64,000 bases of DNA. It comes from Camelus ferus (Eukaryota). The position numbers and the translations under genes were made by a program. Numbering within the stretch: position 1 is the stretch's first letter; each line of letters starts with the position of its first letter. The stretch covers positions 106,952,001 to 107,016,000 of the forward strand of contig NC_045696.1 of assembly GCF_009834535.1 (NCBI RefSeq). The letters run 5' to 3'. Under the pieces are notes generated by a model. The model was not told the origin of the DNA. It made no database searches and worked only from the letters and a program-made list of their open reading frames with translations. Below are positions 1 to 12,369 of this stretch, one piece after another.

Positions 1-712
1 CACTTCTAGTATGACTGTGACTATGTGGGTCGGTATTTTTTCCTTCTGTCCTGGAACTGGCACAAAACCAAAAAGAAACAATCACCACTAAACCTGAAAA
101 CTCCATTTGCATGTATCAAAGACGCAGATAGAATCTGCTGCCTCCAAAATGTCTAAGGGTTGCCCTAAACAAAGTCTCATAGAAACAAGTGAAGGAAAGA
201 AGCGTGCAGAGTATTAGCAGGAAGGCCCAGGGCAGCAGATCTCAGAAAACAATGTTGAAAGTACATTTCCTGGAAGAGAGGGGCTTTGGCTAAAGAGCAG
301 TATTGGCATCCTTTGTTTGCATGAAATGGGTACAGGAAATAGGGTGGGCAGGGCAGAGGCCAAAGTGAGCCTCAATCCAGTCTGCTTCAGAGACATACTG
401 CAAGGCTAGCAGACAAATCATCTTTTCAGGAAGCAGTTTGTCTCCGTGGCAGTAGAAAACAGAGGTTCTCATGTGTTGTGAAACCCAGAAAGTGACTCTG
501 ACCCCTCCCCACCCTCCACTCCCAGAACACAGGTGATCCAGGAAAATCCAACTCGTTCAACGGTGAGCAATTAAAAGAGGGGAGGGGGAATGATATAGCA
601 CTAAGAGAAAGGCATTTAGAAGAAACATGGAAAAGAGAAATAAAAGTTCATGACACATGAAGAATACTCATGACAGAAAATATTCTCCAAAGCAGAAGAA
701 AATTGTGAAGAT

Positions 713-1228
713 TTCAGTTTATCCATTGCTGGGTAACAAACTACCTAAAGCACAGTAGCTTAAAACAACAACCATTTATTATATCTCCAGTTTTTATGAG
801 TCAAGAATTCAGGAGGTACTCAGCCGGGTGATACTTCTGCTCTGCATGGTTTTAACTGGGGACACCTGGTAGTTTTCAGCTTGTGATTTGGTTGGTCTGG
901 AGGTCCAGGGAGGCTTCACTCACATACCTAGCACCTTGTCAGTGATGTCTGGGCTCAGCTGAGCTACTTTACCACCCCCAAGTGATCTCAAAGTCTGCCC
1001 ACATAGCCTCTCCAGCATGATGGTCTCAGCTTACCTACATGGTAGCTCAAGGTTCCAAGAGAAAGGTTGTAGAGGCTGCCAATTTCTTAAGGTCTGGCAT
1101 AATTTCACTTCTGCGATGTTCTATTATCAAAACAGCCACAGAGCTCATGCAGATTCAAGACAAGGAGCCATAGGTCCCACCTCTAAGAAGAGAGCCAGAG
1201 AATTTGCAGCCACCTTTAATCCACCACT
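713..1228 (-). mobile_element. MaLR solo LTR, MLT1H-like
   Basis: Begins TTTATCCATTGCTGGGTAACAAACTACC...AGTAGCTTAAAACAAC and ends GCAGCCACCTTTAATCCACCAC, the reverse-orientation termini typical of MLT1 LTRs. Confidence 0.75.
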
Positions 1229-2197
1229 ATGATCAAGCATCACTGTAAATTATTAATAAGTCAACAAATAGCCTCTATGAAGGCATACTACATGAAGACT
1301 ATGACAGACATAACACCAAAAACATCTATCATCCCAGTTAATGTAATGAACTTTACTTTTTGATTTTAAAAATTATCTTCAGATTGGATCTCAAAACAAA
1401 ATCTAACTCCAGGCTCTGTACAGGAAGCACTCCTGAAACAAAGTGACTCAAGAAGGTTGAAAACAAAAGAACAGATAAGGGTGTACTAAGCAAATGTAAA
1501 CCAAAAAAAAAAAAAAAAAAAAAGAAAAACCCACAGAACTTGATCTTATTATTAGATAAGGTAAAAGTCAGGCTGCAAAGCAATAAACATGCAAAAAGGG
1601 CACTTTATAATGCTAAAGGGATCAATTCATAGTGAAAATTATTTAAAATATCTAGGCAGAAATATTTCTAAATATTCAGAAATATACTAGTAGGAGATTT
1701 AATTTAAGTTTCTCAGTTTATGATGTGTTAAGAAGGTAAGTAAGAAAAAAAATTACAGGTCTAATTAACATAATTAATAGGATAGATATAATTAATGTAT
1801 ATGAAACTCTTCACCTTGAGCGTAGACCACATCTTATTTTCAAGTGTCCATGAAATATAATCATATATGTGAATATGTACTCAGTCACATAGGAAATCTC
1901 GAAAAAATTCCCTGAAGTAGGAAATACATAGAAAACATCCTCTGATCATTACACAATAAACTAAACATTAAAATGTAACATTGGAAAACAAAAATTTATT
2001 TCCATCTGAAAGGTTAAAGTTCTCTGTTAATCAACTCTTGGGTCAAAAAAGAAATATAAACCCAACCTGCAGAAGTTTTAGAAAATAATGATAATGAAAA
2101 CATTGTATTTCAGAACCCATGGTAAATAGGTCAAACAGTGCTCAGAGGAAAACTGATAGTCTGAAATACATTTACAAAAAGGATGAAAAATAAATAT

Positions 2198-2388
2198 AGG
2201 GGAGGGGAGTAAGAGTTACAAACTACTAGTTATAAAATAACCTACAAGGATATATTGTACAAACAGAGAGTATAGCCAATATTTTATAACTATAAATTGA
2301 ATATAACCTTTAAAACGTGTGAATCACTATATTGTACACCTGTAAATTATGTAATATTGTACAGAAACTATACTTCAATTAAAAAAAA
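2198..2388 (+). mobile_element. 5'-truncated L1 3' UTR fragment
   Basis: GGATATATTGTACAAACAGAG...TGTGAATCACTATATTGTACACCTG...CTATACTTCAATTAAAAAAAA, a typical L1 3' terminus with A tail. Confidence 0.75.
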
Positions 2389-2539
2389 GGAATCAGACTC
2401 AAACTGTGAGAAAAAATAATAACAAAATAAAGCAAAGGAAAAAAAGAAGTAAGCAGTTAAGATGAAAGAATGAAGATAAAAGCAAGCACAATGCATAAAG
2501 GGAAAGAACTGTAAGCATTAGTTTGCAATCTTGTTGCAA

Positions 2540-2630
2540 ATGAATTCTGATGAAACAGTTTGGGGTGATGCCTGGACAGCGGGATTTTTAAAAGTTACCA
2601 AGTGATTCTAATGTGCAAAGTTGAAAACCA
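2540..2630. mobile_element. MER5-type hAT-Charlie MITE fragment
   Basis: ATTCTGAT..GTTTGGGGTG..TTTTAAAAGTTACCAAGTGATTCTAATGTGCAAAGTTGAAAACCA. Confidence 0.55.
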
Positions 2631-3662
2631 TCTTTATATTCAGAAACAAAGTCATGGTACCCACTTTTAGCACCATTATTTAATATTATACTTAAGGTGC
2701 AATTAATGTTGTATTGGAGGTCAATGCAATTATATAAGAGAGCATTATAAACTTTAAACAGGGGAAGTTAAACATATCACTATTTTAGATTATATGATTT
2801 TTTTTGAAAAAAAATCCAAGAATTTGGTTTTAGATTTAAAAATTACTGCAAGCAACAAGAGAATTCCAGATAGTAGAATACAGAATAATTGTGGCAAGCT
2901 ATATGTTTTACAAAACACAACCAGTTATCAGATATAATGAAAGAAAATATGAATAGCAATAAAAATGTAAATATTGAGCAATAAATGTAAATAGAAATGT
3001 GCAAGACCTATATGAAGAAAACTTGAAAAATAATATAAAGAATTCAAAAGAGGACTTGAGCAAATTGAAAGATGATAAAGATGTCAGTTCCCTCTAATTT
3101 CATTTATAAATTTAGTCTCCTCTCAATAAATATGACAAATTTTTAAAAACAAGGCAGTTGAATGACACTAAAATTCATATTGAAAAGTAATCAATGTTAG
3201 CCAGGAAAATTCTAAGCAAAAAGTGGAAAGTGCACTAACTTTATTTTAAAATATAATAAACTCCAATAATTAAAACTATGTAGTTATGATACATGCATAA
3301 TCAGACTAACCAATGGAACTGAAGAGAAATTCCAGAAATAGACCCAAATACACATAGAAAGTTAGTATAAGATAAAGGTGGCATTTCAGTGGTGGAAAAG
3401 ATGAGTTATTCAATAAACTTTTTATTTATGCCTTACATTGTATACTATGATAAACTCCAAATATATCAGATATTTAAATGTAAAAAAATGAAATCATAAA
3501 GTTGTCAGAAGAAAATACAGAAGAATTTCTCTATTCCCTTGGAGTAAGGATGACTTTCTAACTAAAACTCAAAATCCAGAAGCCATAAAAAAAGTAATAA
3601 AAATTGACTCCATAAAAATAAAATTCTAGAAAAAAAATTACAAAACCAAAAGACAAAGGGCA

Positions 3663-4759
3663 TTTTGTTTTGCTTTTGATTTCCTTCTCTGTGCAAAAGC
3701 TTATAAGTTTAATTAGGTATGAAATGGGAGAAAATATCTGCAAGTGATGCGACTGACAATGGCTTAATTTCCAGAATATATAAATAGCTCATACAACTTA
3801 GTAACAAAAAAACTAGCAACCCAATCCAAAAATGGGCAGAACTAAACAAGCAATTCTCCAATGAAGACATACAAATGGCCAATAGGTGTTTGAAAAAATA
3901 CTCAGTATCACTGATTATCAGAGAAATGCAAATCAAAACTACAATGAGGTATCACCTCACACCAGTCAGAAGTCCACAAACAATAAATGCTGAAGAGGGT
4001 GTGGAGAAAAGAAACCCTCCTATACTGTTGGTGGGAATGTAGTTTGGTGCGGCCATTATGAAAAACAGTATAGAGATTCCTCAAAAAACTAAAAATACAC
4101 TTACCATATGATCCAGCAATCCCACTCCCAGGCATATATCTGGAGGGAACTCTAATTCAAAAAGGTATGTACACCCCAATGTTCATAGCAGCACTATATA
4201 CAGTAGCCAAGATATGGAAGCAACCTAAATGCCCATCACTAGAAGACTGGATAAAGAAGTTATGATGTATATACAATGGAATACTACTCAGCCATAAAAA
4301 ATGAAATAATGTCATTTGCAGCAACATGGATGGGCCTAGAGATCTTCATTCTAAGTGAAATAAGCCAGAAAGAGAAAGAAAAATACCATATGATATCACT
4401 CATATGTAGAATCTAAAAAAAGAGAGAAAAGAAAAAGAGGACACTAATGAACTAATCTACAAAATGGAAACAAACTCACAGACATAGTAAACAATCTTAT
4501 GGTTACTAAGGGAAAGGTGGTGGGGAGGGATAAATTTGGGAATTTGAGATTTGCAAATTTTAACCACTATATATAGAAATAGATAAAAACAAATTTCTTC
4601 TGTATAGCACAGGGAACTATATTCAATATCTATAATAACTTTTAATGAAAAAGAATATAAAAATGAATATATATATGCATATGCATGACTGGGACATTAT
4701 GCTATACACCAGAAATTGACACATTGTAACTGACTATACTTCAGTAAAAAAAAAAAAAA
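3663..4759 (+). mobile_element. Young lineage-specific L1, 5'-truncated with short 5' inversion, ORF2 C-terminus, 3' UTR and poly(A)
   Basis: ORF2 C-terminal coding sequence (GAAATGCAAATCAAAACTACAATGAGGTATCACCTCACACC; ATGGAATACTACTCAGCC), 3' UTR ending ACTGACTATACTTCAGT(A)14, perfect TSD AAAAGACAAAGGGCA at 3648-3662 and 4756-4770; 3663-3718 is ORF2 in reverse orientation. Confidence 0.95.
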
Positions 4760-5729
4760 GACAAAGGGCAAATGGAAAACATATTTACAAAAATATTCGT
4801 AATGAGGAGTTAAACTATGAATACAAAAAGTACTCCCAGAAATCAATGATAAGAAGCCCATCAACATAGGAATGGACAAAAGATAAGAACAGATAGTCCC
4901 CAGAAAAAGAATTCAAATGCTTCTTAACCATATATTAAAAAATTAAAATGTTTAAGCTTACAAATAAGAAACATATAAATAAAAACTACACTGAGAATTC
5001 TGAACTAGAGGAAAAGAAATTTTATAAGAGGGAGATATAAACTGAGATAGACTTGGAAAGAGTCTAAAAGGAAATGTGGGTTAATTTTAAAAGCTTAAAT
5101 ATTCATATTTCTGTGAAATTTTACTTTTGTATCTGACTGTACTTTCTTTACCTGGATGGAAGTTTCTCTTTGGGATGATTTTACACCAATCATGGAAAGA
5201 AAGAAGGAATAAATAAAAGAGAGGAAAGTCTTAATATGACTATGCAATGATTGGAAAATAAATGCAAAGAAGGAACCATGGATGGATGTAGCTGGGATGT
5301 AGGAGTGTGGCTCACGGTTACAGAAAATAAGTCAGTATGTGAGAGAAAGGTATTGCCTGGGACTGAACTGTCAGCAGTGAAGCACAGAAGATGGTCTGCT
5401 GGCTTTAGAGAGGAGAAGGGAAGAGGTAGGAACAAGCCCTCTAGACCAGGCTGCGGCCAGGAGGGGGCATTTTAGTCTGGGACAGCTTGGTTCCTGCCAG
5501 GAGGGGAAAAATTATAGTAGCTTCAGAGAGCAAGAGGGAATAGCAGCAGAATGTTCAGTGCTATTGCTCTTCTAAGTCTGGGTCCAATCCTCAAAGGGTA
5601 CCATCAGTCCTAATAATATAAAATTACTTAAAATACACATTATATTTCTTTAATAATAAAATGTAACACACGAATCAATATGTATTCCAGTAAGTAAGAA
5701 AAGAGAAAATCTCACCAGTCAAAGCAAAT

Positions 5730-5880
5730 CACAGTTAGATTTTAATTGCGTTGCCTCGCATCGTGCTGACAGGGAAAAGGCAGAACGTTGCTGTCAAATT
5801 ATGCCAGGAACTGCCTGATTTCTGTCATAAAAGACAGATTATTTTTTAAATGTGCAATTCAATTATTCAAAGTTCAACAT
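5730..5880. promoter_or_regulatory. Candidate conserved non-coding element with TALE/HOX motifs
   Basis: Non-repeat sequence with TGACAG, CTGTCA, GTCATAAAA and TAATTG motifs; conservation not verifiable here. Confidence 0.3.
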
Positions 5881-6879
5881 ACCTACTCAATAAATGTTGG
5901 TTGGCAATGGTGATTTTCCATGTTTCAGGTTTGGAATGTGGAGCTACTTTCAAATAAACCTTTAAAGGATTTAAGGATTTTTGTTTCATTGTGATCCTTT
6001 GCTTCTTTATTTAATTTTAGTTTAATCATGGTTCCTTGATTTTAAGCTGGAGGTTATTTTGTTGGGGTTTTTTTCCAAGTTCCATTAACAGTTTCAGAAT
6101 ATTGCATTTTTATTTACATAACCTGAATCAGGATTTCTTTTATATATACTCAATTCAAAAGGTTGACAAAGTCTCCAAAGATATACCACAGACCGTTTAA
6201 CCAGGATTTTAAATGAAAATGAAGGTGGTTTTAGCTGCATACCATAATTACAGATCTGCATTTATCCTACAATATGTTAATGGACAATTGATTAGGTTAC
6301 AGATACCCTAGGAGTCCTCAGTATTACTTATATATGAATCTGCATGAATTACAACTTCAGCTATTCCTCACTTTCACCGTAATGTTTCTCTACGTGTGGT
6401 TCTTATATGAGAGAAGCACGCTTGGTCATTTCATACTATGTGTATCTTCTGGATTTATCTCCTGTCACTCTACAATTAGGTTGCAGTAAAACTGGTGTTA
6501 TATTTGCAGTGTCTAAATGATGCCACATACTTTAACTGAACCAGAGATATAAATTACTCTGAACCAGCTGAAAACAGAGTCTAGCAGAGGAAAGGGAAGG
6601 CTAGGATTATCTTTGAAATTCCTCACTTGCTGTCTCTGACCTTTCCTATGTCAGCATTTCGAAGGTACTTTCTCTGATTCCTGAGAGATAAGTATTTTCA
6701 TGAAGATAAGGTTGGTGATCTGACGCAGATCAGAGTAATAAAGAGAAACATTTGAAATACACTCAGAGAGGATATTTAAGCATTAGTAATTTCCTGAGTT
6801 ATGTAATATTAAAATAGTTTCACGTAGTAAATATCTGTTTATGATGTCCAGAGTATTTGAGCTTTATAAACGTTATCTT

Positions 6880-7010
6880 CAATCCTTGTGATACTGAGAG
6901 GTAGACAATTGACAGGGAAACTGAGACTCAGAGAGAGAATTTCCCCCAGAGTGTCACTGCTCTAAGGGGCAGTAATGATGGAAACACAGACGTTTCCTAT
7001 TCCAAACCCT
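6880..7010 (-). mobile_element. MIR SINE fragment
   Basis: ACAGGGAAACTGAGACTCAGAGAG core in reverse orientation. Confidence 0.65.
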
Positions 7011-7619
7011 GGGGGGTTGGCACTCACTTGAGTGTCGTATGAACATGGAAGGCTAAAACACATTGAGATTGAATTCAAAAGTTGGGAAGATGCTTTCATT
7101 TATTTGAAACAGCTTTCATATCCTTTACCTCCCATCACCCCTCTCAGGACCACCCTTAGCCTAATCTAGTTCCCCTTTATCTCACTTGTAAATAGTGGTA
7201 TTATGAGAAAGCCGGGAACATAGGACTCTGGCATATCTGCATACAAAGTGTGGATAAAAGCAAAGTGATGAGGGAGATTAATGAAACCACATTTGTGGAC
7301 TGTAGCCCATCTTTAGCAATGGTTTCCAGCTTATCTTCTGCTTCTAGTCCCCACTCAACTTGTAACATCATGGGAGCAGATTATGTAATGGAAAGACCCC
7401 TTGTCCGAGAGTTGTAAATTGGGGTGATTCCTTTACCGAGTTATGTGACGTGCTCCTTCACTTCCCTGACTATCCACCGGGTACAGAAACCAGCAGCAAA
7501 TACATTCATAAAGCTATTCTGGCCATTACCAGCCACCAAGAAGCCAAAGGGAGCAGGGACAAGGGAGGCTGAGGGCAGTGGCAGGAACTGGGGAGTGGAG
7601 ATGCAGATGTAGCTTCCTC

Positions 7620-8130
7620 TGCCATTCAGAACCATCTAGGTTGCAAGAGGCAGAAAATCCAAACCAACTGAAAAACACAAGCTAGTAAAGGGGGAATTTA
7701 TTAGATTGTTAACCAAAAGTCTGTGTGTGGCTGATTAGGGGTTCAAAGGATGTTACTAGAACTTCGTTTCTCTCTCCCAGGTCAGCACTCTGTTGGCGGA
7801 TCTCAGGCAGGTTATTCCCCATTGGTGCAAAGTAGCCATAGTTGTTCCATCTATACCTTTTCAATTCATTGAAAGTAGAACACCTTTCTCTGCCCTCCCA
7901 ATCTCAGAAGACTCAGTATAACATGTTATGTATTATAATAAAGTTAAGGCTCTGATTTAGTCACATGCCTATCCTGGAACCAACTGCTGTGGCCAGGAAG
8001 ATGGGGTACCCTCACTGGTGTAGGTCCAGATCATATGCCCGATCCTGCTACCAACCACTGAGGCCAGGGCAGCATTGTGTGTTGGTTATCTTGGGGCAGG
8101 GATTTCCAGCAAAAATCAGAGATGCTAGAT
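7620..8130 (-). mobile_element. MaLR LTR, MLT1J/K-like
   Basis: GGTTGCAAGAGGCAGAAAATCCAAAC...GGAATTTATT...TAGTCACATGCCTATCCTGGAACCAACTGCTGTGGCCAGG. Confidence 0.65.
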
Positions 8131-8259
8131 GTTGCCCCCAGTGCTATCCACAGATTAAAGGCTAGAGAGGATGTTGTAGTATTTGGCCAACTCCCTCATG
8201 AAGAACAAAATTCCTTTCTATAAGAGGACCATACACTAAGGAAATAGTATGTGCAGAAC

Positions 8260-8445
8260 TGACCTGAGGTGGGTAAGGGCTTGAGCATTAAAGACTTGAG
8301 AGGAAGCCAGTGGGCCAGAGCAGGGTTAGTAAGGTTTGGAGAATGGCTTGAAGTTATGTTGGGGAGATAAGAGCAGCAAGATTATGAAAAGCCTTATAGG
8401 TTATTAAGGAATGTTGCTTTTAAGTATAATGAAAGTTATTGGGGA
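8260..8445 (-). mobile_element. L2 LINE fragment
   Basis: GGAAGCCAGTGGGCCAGAGCAGGG...AGATTATGAAAAGCCTTATAGG. Confidence 0.5.
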
Positions 8446-9249
8446 GTGAAAACATTAATCCAGGAATTTTTTTAATCATTCCAATGACTTTATAAAATTA
8501 CAGCAGAAAGGAGATACTTATTTCACTCAAAATTATATCTATAAACTATTTCATTTCAGCCTTCCTGATGTATGACTCTAGGCATGTTGCTTTTCTTAGG
8601 ACAAAATACTTAATTCTTGACATCATTATATTCATATTCATTTCTAAAATACATATTTTGTAATTGCAACAAACAGTAATACTGTAACATGTCAATATAT
8701 AATGCCTGTGAATTATTGTCAATTATATTTGAGTGCAGCCAACATATTACCTGATTATTCCAAAATAAGGCAAATTAAAACTGAGAAAAAATAGTCTTTC
8801 CTATGACATCATCTCTGCCCTCTAACTTCCACACCCAGAGAAGGCACCTTGCCTGCCTGAATCTGTGTCTAGCTGGTGTCTATACGGAGGTCACTTGGGG
8901 GAAAATACTTAGGGAGGGAGAGTCCCAAGGCAGCCCAGGTGCTCCTGGTCCCTAAAGCCGATGAGAGCCTTCTGCGCATCCACGGCAGGGACATGGTAGC
9001 AGGCAGGTCTGCACAGCCCAAACGCTGAGAGACTCAGACAAGAAAGAGTCCTTTCTCACCAGCTATTTCAGGTTAGTGGAGCCTCAGGGTAGTGAAAATG
9101 AGCCAGCACTAATGGTTTTGCTAATCAGAAACAGTGACCGAGATAAGATCTTAATCTTCTATTCCCTAAACCTTGCATTGCTATATCATATATTCAGGAA
9201 GTAATAATTTCTTAGAACATAGAACAAACTACAGAAAACTAGGTCTAAA

Positions 9250-9330
9250 ATGACCCCTTCTTAATCTAATGGAGAAACAAAAGCCCAGAGAGGGGTAGAT
9301 CCTTGATCAAGATCACACAGCAAGTTGAAT
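9250..9330 (-). mobile_element. MIR fragment
   Basis: GGAGAAACAAAAGCCCAGAGAGGGG..CAAGATCACACAGCAAGT. Confidence 0.55.
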
Positions 9331-9379
9331 CACTAATTTAAAACCAAAAAATAATAATAATAATAATTTATCTTTTAAC

Positions 9380-9485
9380 TTTTTAATTGAAGTACAGTCA
9401 GTTAAAATGTGTTAATTTCTGGCATACAGCACAATGTCATGTGTATACATACATATATTAATTTTCATATTCTTTTTCATTAAAA
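9380..9485 (-). mobile_element. Very short young L1 3' end
   Basis: TTGAAGTACAGTCAGTTAAAATGTGTTAATTTCTGG is the reverse complement of the L1 terminus seen at 4700-4745. Confidence 0.8.
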
Positions 9486-9689
9486 TTTAGTTTAAATTCT
9501 ATATTTCCAGTCCCCTAGGATAAAAAATAAATCTATATTTACTTTTATATTTGCACGATGCTTTCACAGTCATAATTCCAGGTATCTTTACAATTTTAGA
9601 ATAATAATATACCAATCCAGGGCTACTTTAAGCTAATTTTTCAACTTGAGTTTTCCTGGACCACACAGGAAGTATAGATTTGAATCCCA

Positions 9690-10128
9690 AAATTATCTCA
9701 GAGTTTGATGGCTTAAGGCAACAGTTAATTGTTTGCTAGTAGTTATGAATGTTAGGGGAGACATTCTCACCAAAGGTAAGCCAAAATTAACATGTTTCCT
9801 GGCAATAGATTCAGAGTGGTGGTGGGGGGGGGGGGGGTGTCTAAGATGGCCTCCCTCGAATGACTGGCAGATGGTACTGGTTCTGTATCTCCAGGCGACT
9901 AACCTGAGTTCTACACATGCGGGTGGTTTCCAAAAACCCAAGAGAGAGGGGCAAGCACCACTGGGTGAGTGCTTTTTCAAGCCTCTGCTTATATCCTGTT
10001 TGCTAATGTTCCATTAGCCAAAACAATTCACATGGCCAAGCCCAAAGTCAGTGTGGGAGGGGACTTTTCAGAACAGCTCGGATACAGGCAGGTGTGGTTT
10101 ACTGGAGGCCATCCTGTAACAACCTACC
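9690..10128 (-). mobile_element. MaLR LTR, MLT1I-like
   Basis: TTTCAAGCCTCTGCTT...TTTGCTAATGTTCCATTAGCCAAAAC..CACATGGCCAAGCCCAAAGTCAGTGTGGGAGGGG. Confidence 0.7.
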
Positions 10129-10184
10129 CCAGGGCACAAGAGCTGAGCAAGGCATGATCGATGGCTTTGCTTTGTGGAAGGAGC

Positions 10185-10325
10185 GAGGGCTCAGAATCAG
10201 AGACCAAGGTGAAATCCTGGCTCCAACCATGAGCGATCTTAGATAAATGACTCCCCTCTCAGAGCCTCAGTTTCATCATGGGGAAAAGAATAACTGCTTC
10301 CCAGGATTGTTGTAAAATTTAATGT
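10185..10325 (+). mobile_element. MIR SINE
   Basis: AAATCCTGGCTC..CTCTCAGAGCCTCAGTTTCATCAT..GGATTGTTGT. Confidence 0.7.
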
Positions 10326-10712
10326 ACATCAGGGCCTCTGCCTAAACATGCCTTAGTCAGCCCCATTCAAAACGTTTTTGTCTTGACCCTGCCTCTGCTT
10401 CAAGAGTTCACTTTGTTGCATTCTCTCTCCTCTGCTGTCTTGAAACATTTTGTTAAAAAGATATTCTGATTTAAAAATCATATATGCCCACTGGCATAAA
10501 AAAAAATGCAATGTGGAACTCTATAGAGCTGGAAATAGTGGCTCCTCTTCCACCGTTCAGCCCTCCCTTTTCATTCTGCACTGTCCAGCCTAAGTGAGGC
10601 TGCAGACTTCATGTCAACTGCATCACACTGATGAATCTCAAATCTGTATGTCCAGCCCTGTCCTCCCCCACTGAGTCATTCACCCACTACCTTATATCCA
10701 GGTCCTCTTGAG

Positions 10713-10924
10713 CAGAGGTTCTCAGTTTTTAGCATTCACCAGAATCGCCTGGAGGGCACATTAAACCCTGAGTGCAGCCCCCCAGCCCCCGCCCACCCCA
10801 CCCCTCTTGCATCCACAAGGTTATGATTGAGTAAATCTTGGGTGGGGCCCAAGAATTTGGATCTCTGCTACATCCCAGGTGATGCTGATGATGCTGGTCT
10901 GAGGACCACACATTGGAACTACTG
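10713..10924. mobile_element. MER5A hAT MITE inserted in an L2 fragment (~10620-11050)
   Basis: CAGAGGTTCTCA...AGAATCGCCTGGAGGG...GGGTGGGGCCCAAGAATTTG...CCCAGGTGATGCTGATG..GGACCACAC..ACTACTG. Confidence 0.8.
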
Positions 10925-11644
10925 GCCTAGAAGCACTTCAGTTCAACTTGTACAAAAAACAGCCATTCCTCTTCCAAGACCTTCCTCTTCCTGAATTTTA
11001 TGTAACAGGTAATGGCATTGATCCTGTTGATCAAACCAGAAACCCACTGGAATTAAGGACTGGAGTATAAAATCAAGTTGTTCTGGTTACAATCTCTTCC
11101 TTCCTGTTTTCCCAAATGGGAATTGTCAGTGTCACTATCTATTAAACAGAGCTGCCTGGGGATAAACTCAAATACCTTTTGCTTTAAAATACTTTGTCTC
11201 ATCAGCCTCCCACGGTTGATGAGGAAGATTATGTAATTTTGTTATTTACCTGGCCTAGCGCTTAGATAGGGGAAACAAGTTTTGCCACTGGAATCAAGGT
11301 ATTTAATAAATGTGCATCTTCTGATACTTGTGCGCGAAGTACTATAATTTCTCACAAGAAAAGGTAAGAGGGGCTTTTCCAGTTTCAAAGATGAAGGTCA
11401 CGCTAGGGAAGCAATTTCTCCTGTCATTCCTTGTTTTGGTACTCAGTCTTTTGCCATATTGCATTGTTGAAAAGGGCCTAAATTTTTATATGAAGCTGGT
11501 TCAGACTTAACTTTTGCAAAGGCTGGAGACATTCATGGCTTAGTGTGCATAGTGTCCAACTGAGAAAATGTATACGGGTATCTCAGATTTCATGAGCCTG
11601 ATTTTTCTGTAGGTTTTCCAGCTATGGAAAAGGGAGTCCTGGGT

Positions 11645-11830
11645 CTCTCTCAACTAGACTATTTTATTAGTTTCTCCTTAACTTTCCTAACTCTCTGTCT
11701 CTAGTTTGCCTTCTCCAATCTATCTTCTACTCTGTCTATCAGAGGGAGGCTTCTAAACCTAGTGTCTGATCATGTCACTCCCTTATTTGACAATTTATCA
11801 GGCTACTCAGCGCCTATAGGAAAACACTGC
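11645..11830 (+). mobile_element. L2 fragment
   Basis: CTCCAATCTATCTTCTAC..CAGAGGGAGGCTTCTAAAC..TCTGATCATGTCACTCCC. Confidence 0.65.
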
Positions 11831-11874
11831 CAACAGTTTGTTGTTGTTGTTGTTGAACAGAAAAGAAATTGGAT

Positions 11875-12115
11875 GGGGCCAGAATATGAAGGCCCACCCA
11901 TGCCATTCGAAGAATTCTATCCTGCAGGCAACAGGAAGCCATAGAAGCTGTAAAGCAAAAGAATCACACATAGAATCTGTTGTTATTGTTTTCATGTTAT
12001 TTTCACTCTGATATTAATATAGAAGGTTGACTTGGAGAAAATGAGGCAGCAGAAGATTGAAGACAGAGAAACTAGTTAGGAAGCTGTTTTGATAGTGAAG
12101 TAAGGAATGAGGAGG
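11875..12115 (-). mobile_element. L2 fragment in opposite orientation
   Basis: GGGGCCAGAATATGAAGGCC..GGCAACAGGAAGCCATAGAAG..AGAAACTAGTTAGGAAGCTG. Confidence 0.6.
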
Positions 12116-12369
12116 AGGGGGCACTGAGCAGTAGCTCATCTTCAAGAAATATTGGTTTTGGTTTTGGTTTTGGTGGTGGTGGTGGTGGTGGTGGGTAAAG
12201 GAATGATCCAGGTTAGCAATTCTGAAACCACGTCAATCCCAGCCGCTGTTGGGATGATGCAGATACAATAGCCTGGGTCTTGTCTGCGCTCTTGCTCTTG
12301 ACGGAGGGAGATGCGATCACACAAGGTTGCTGACTATATTAGCATTTCATGAGCTGTTGGGAGAGCTTG

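Larger units (their letters stand above)
1340..5000 (+). mobile_element. Ancient degenerate L1 (L1M-type) ORF2 region, interrupted by younger inserts
   Basis: A-rich plus strand with endonuclease-like remnants at ~1380-1500 (GATTGGATC..AAACAAAATCTAAC..TACAGGAAGCAC..AGGTTGAAA) and later ORF2 remnants (CCAATGGAACTGAAGAGAAATTCCAGAAATAGACCCA); many stops. Confidence 0.75.

Noticed and set aside
3709..4135. Minus-strand ORFs of 75 aa
   Set aside because: Antisense frames of L1 ORF2
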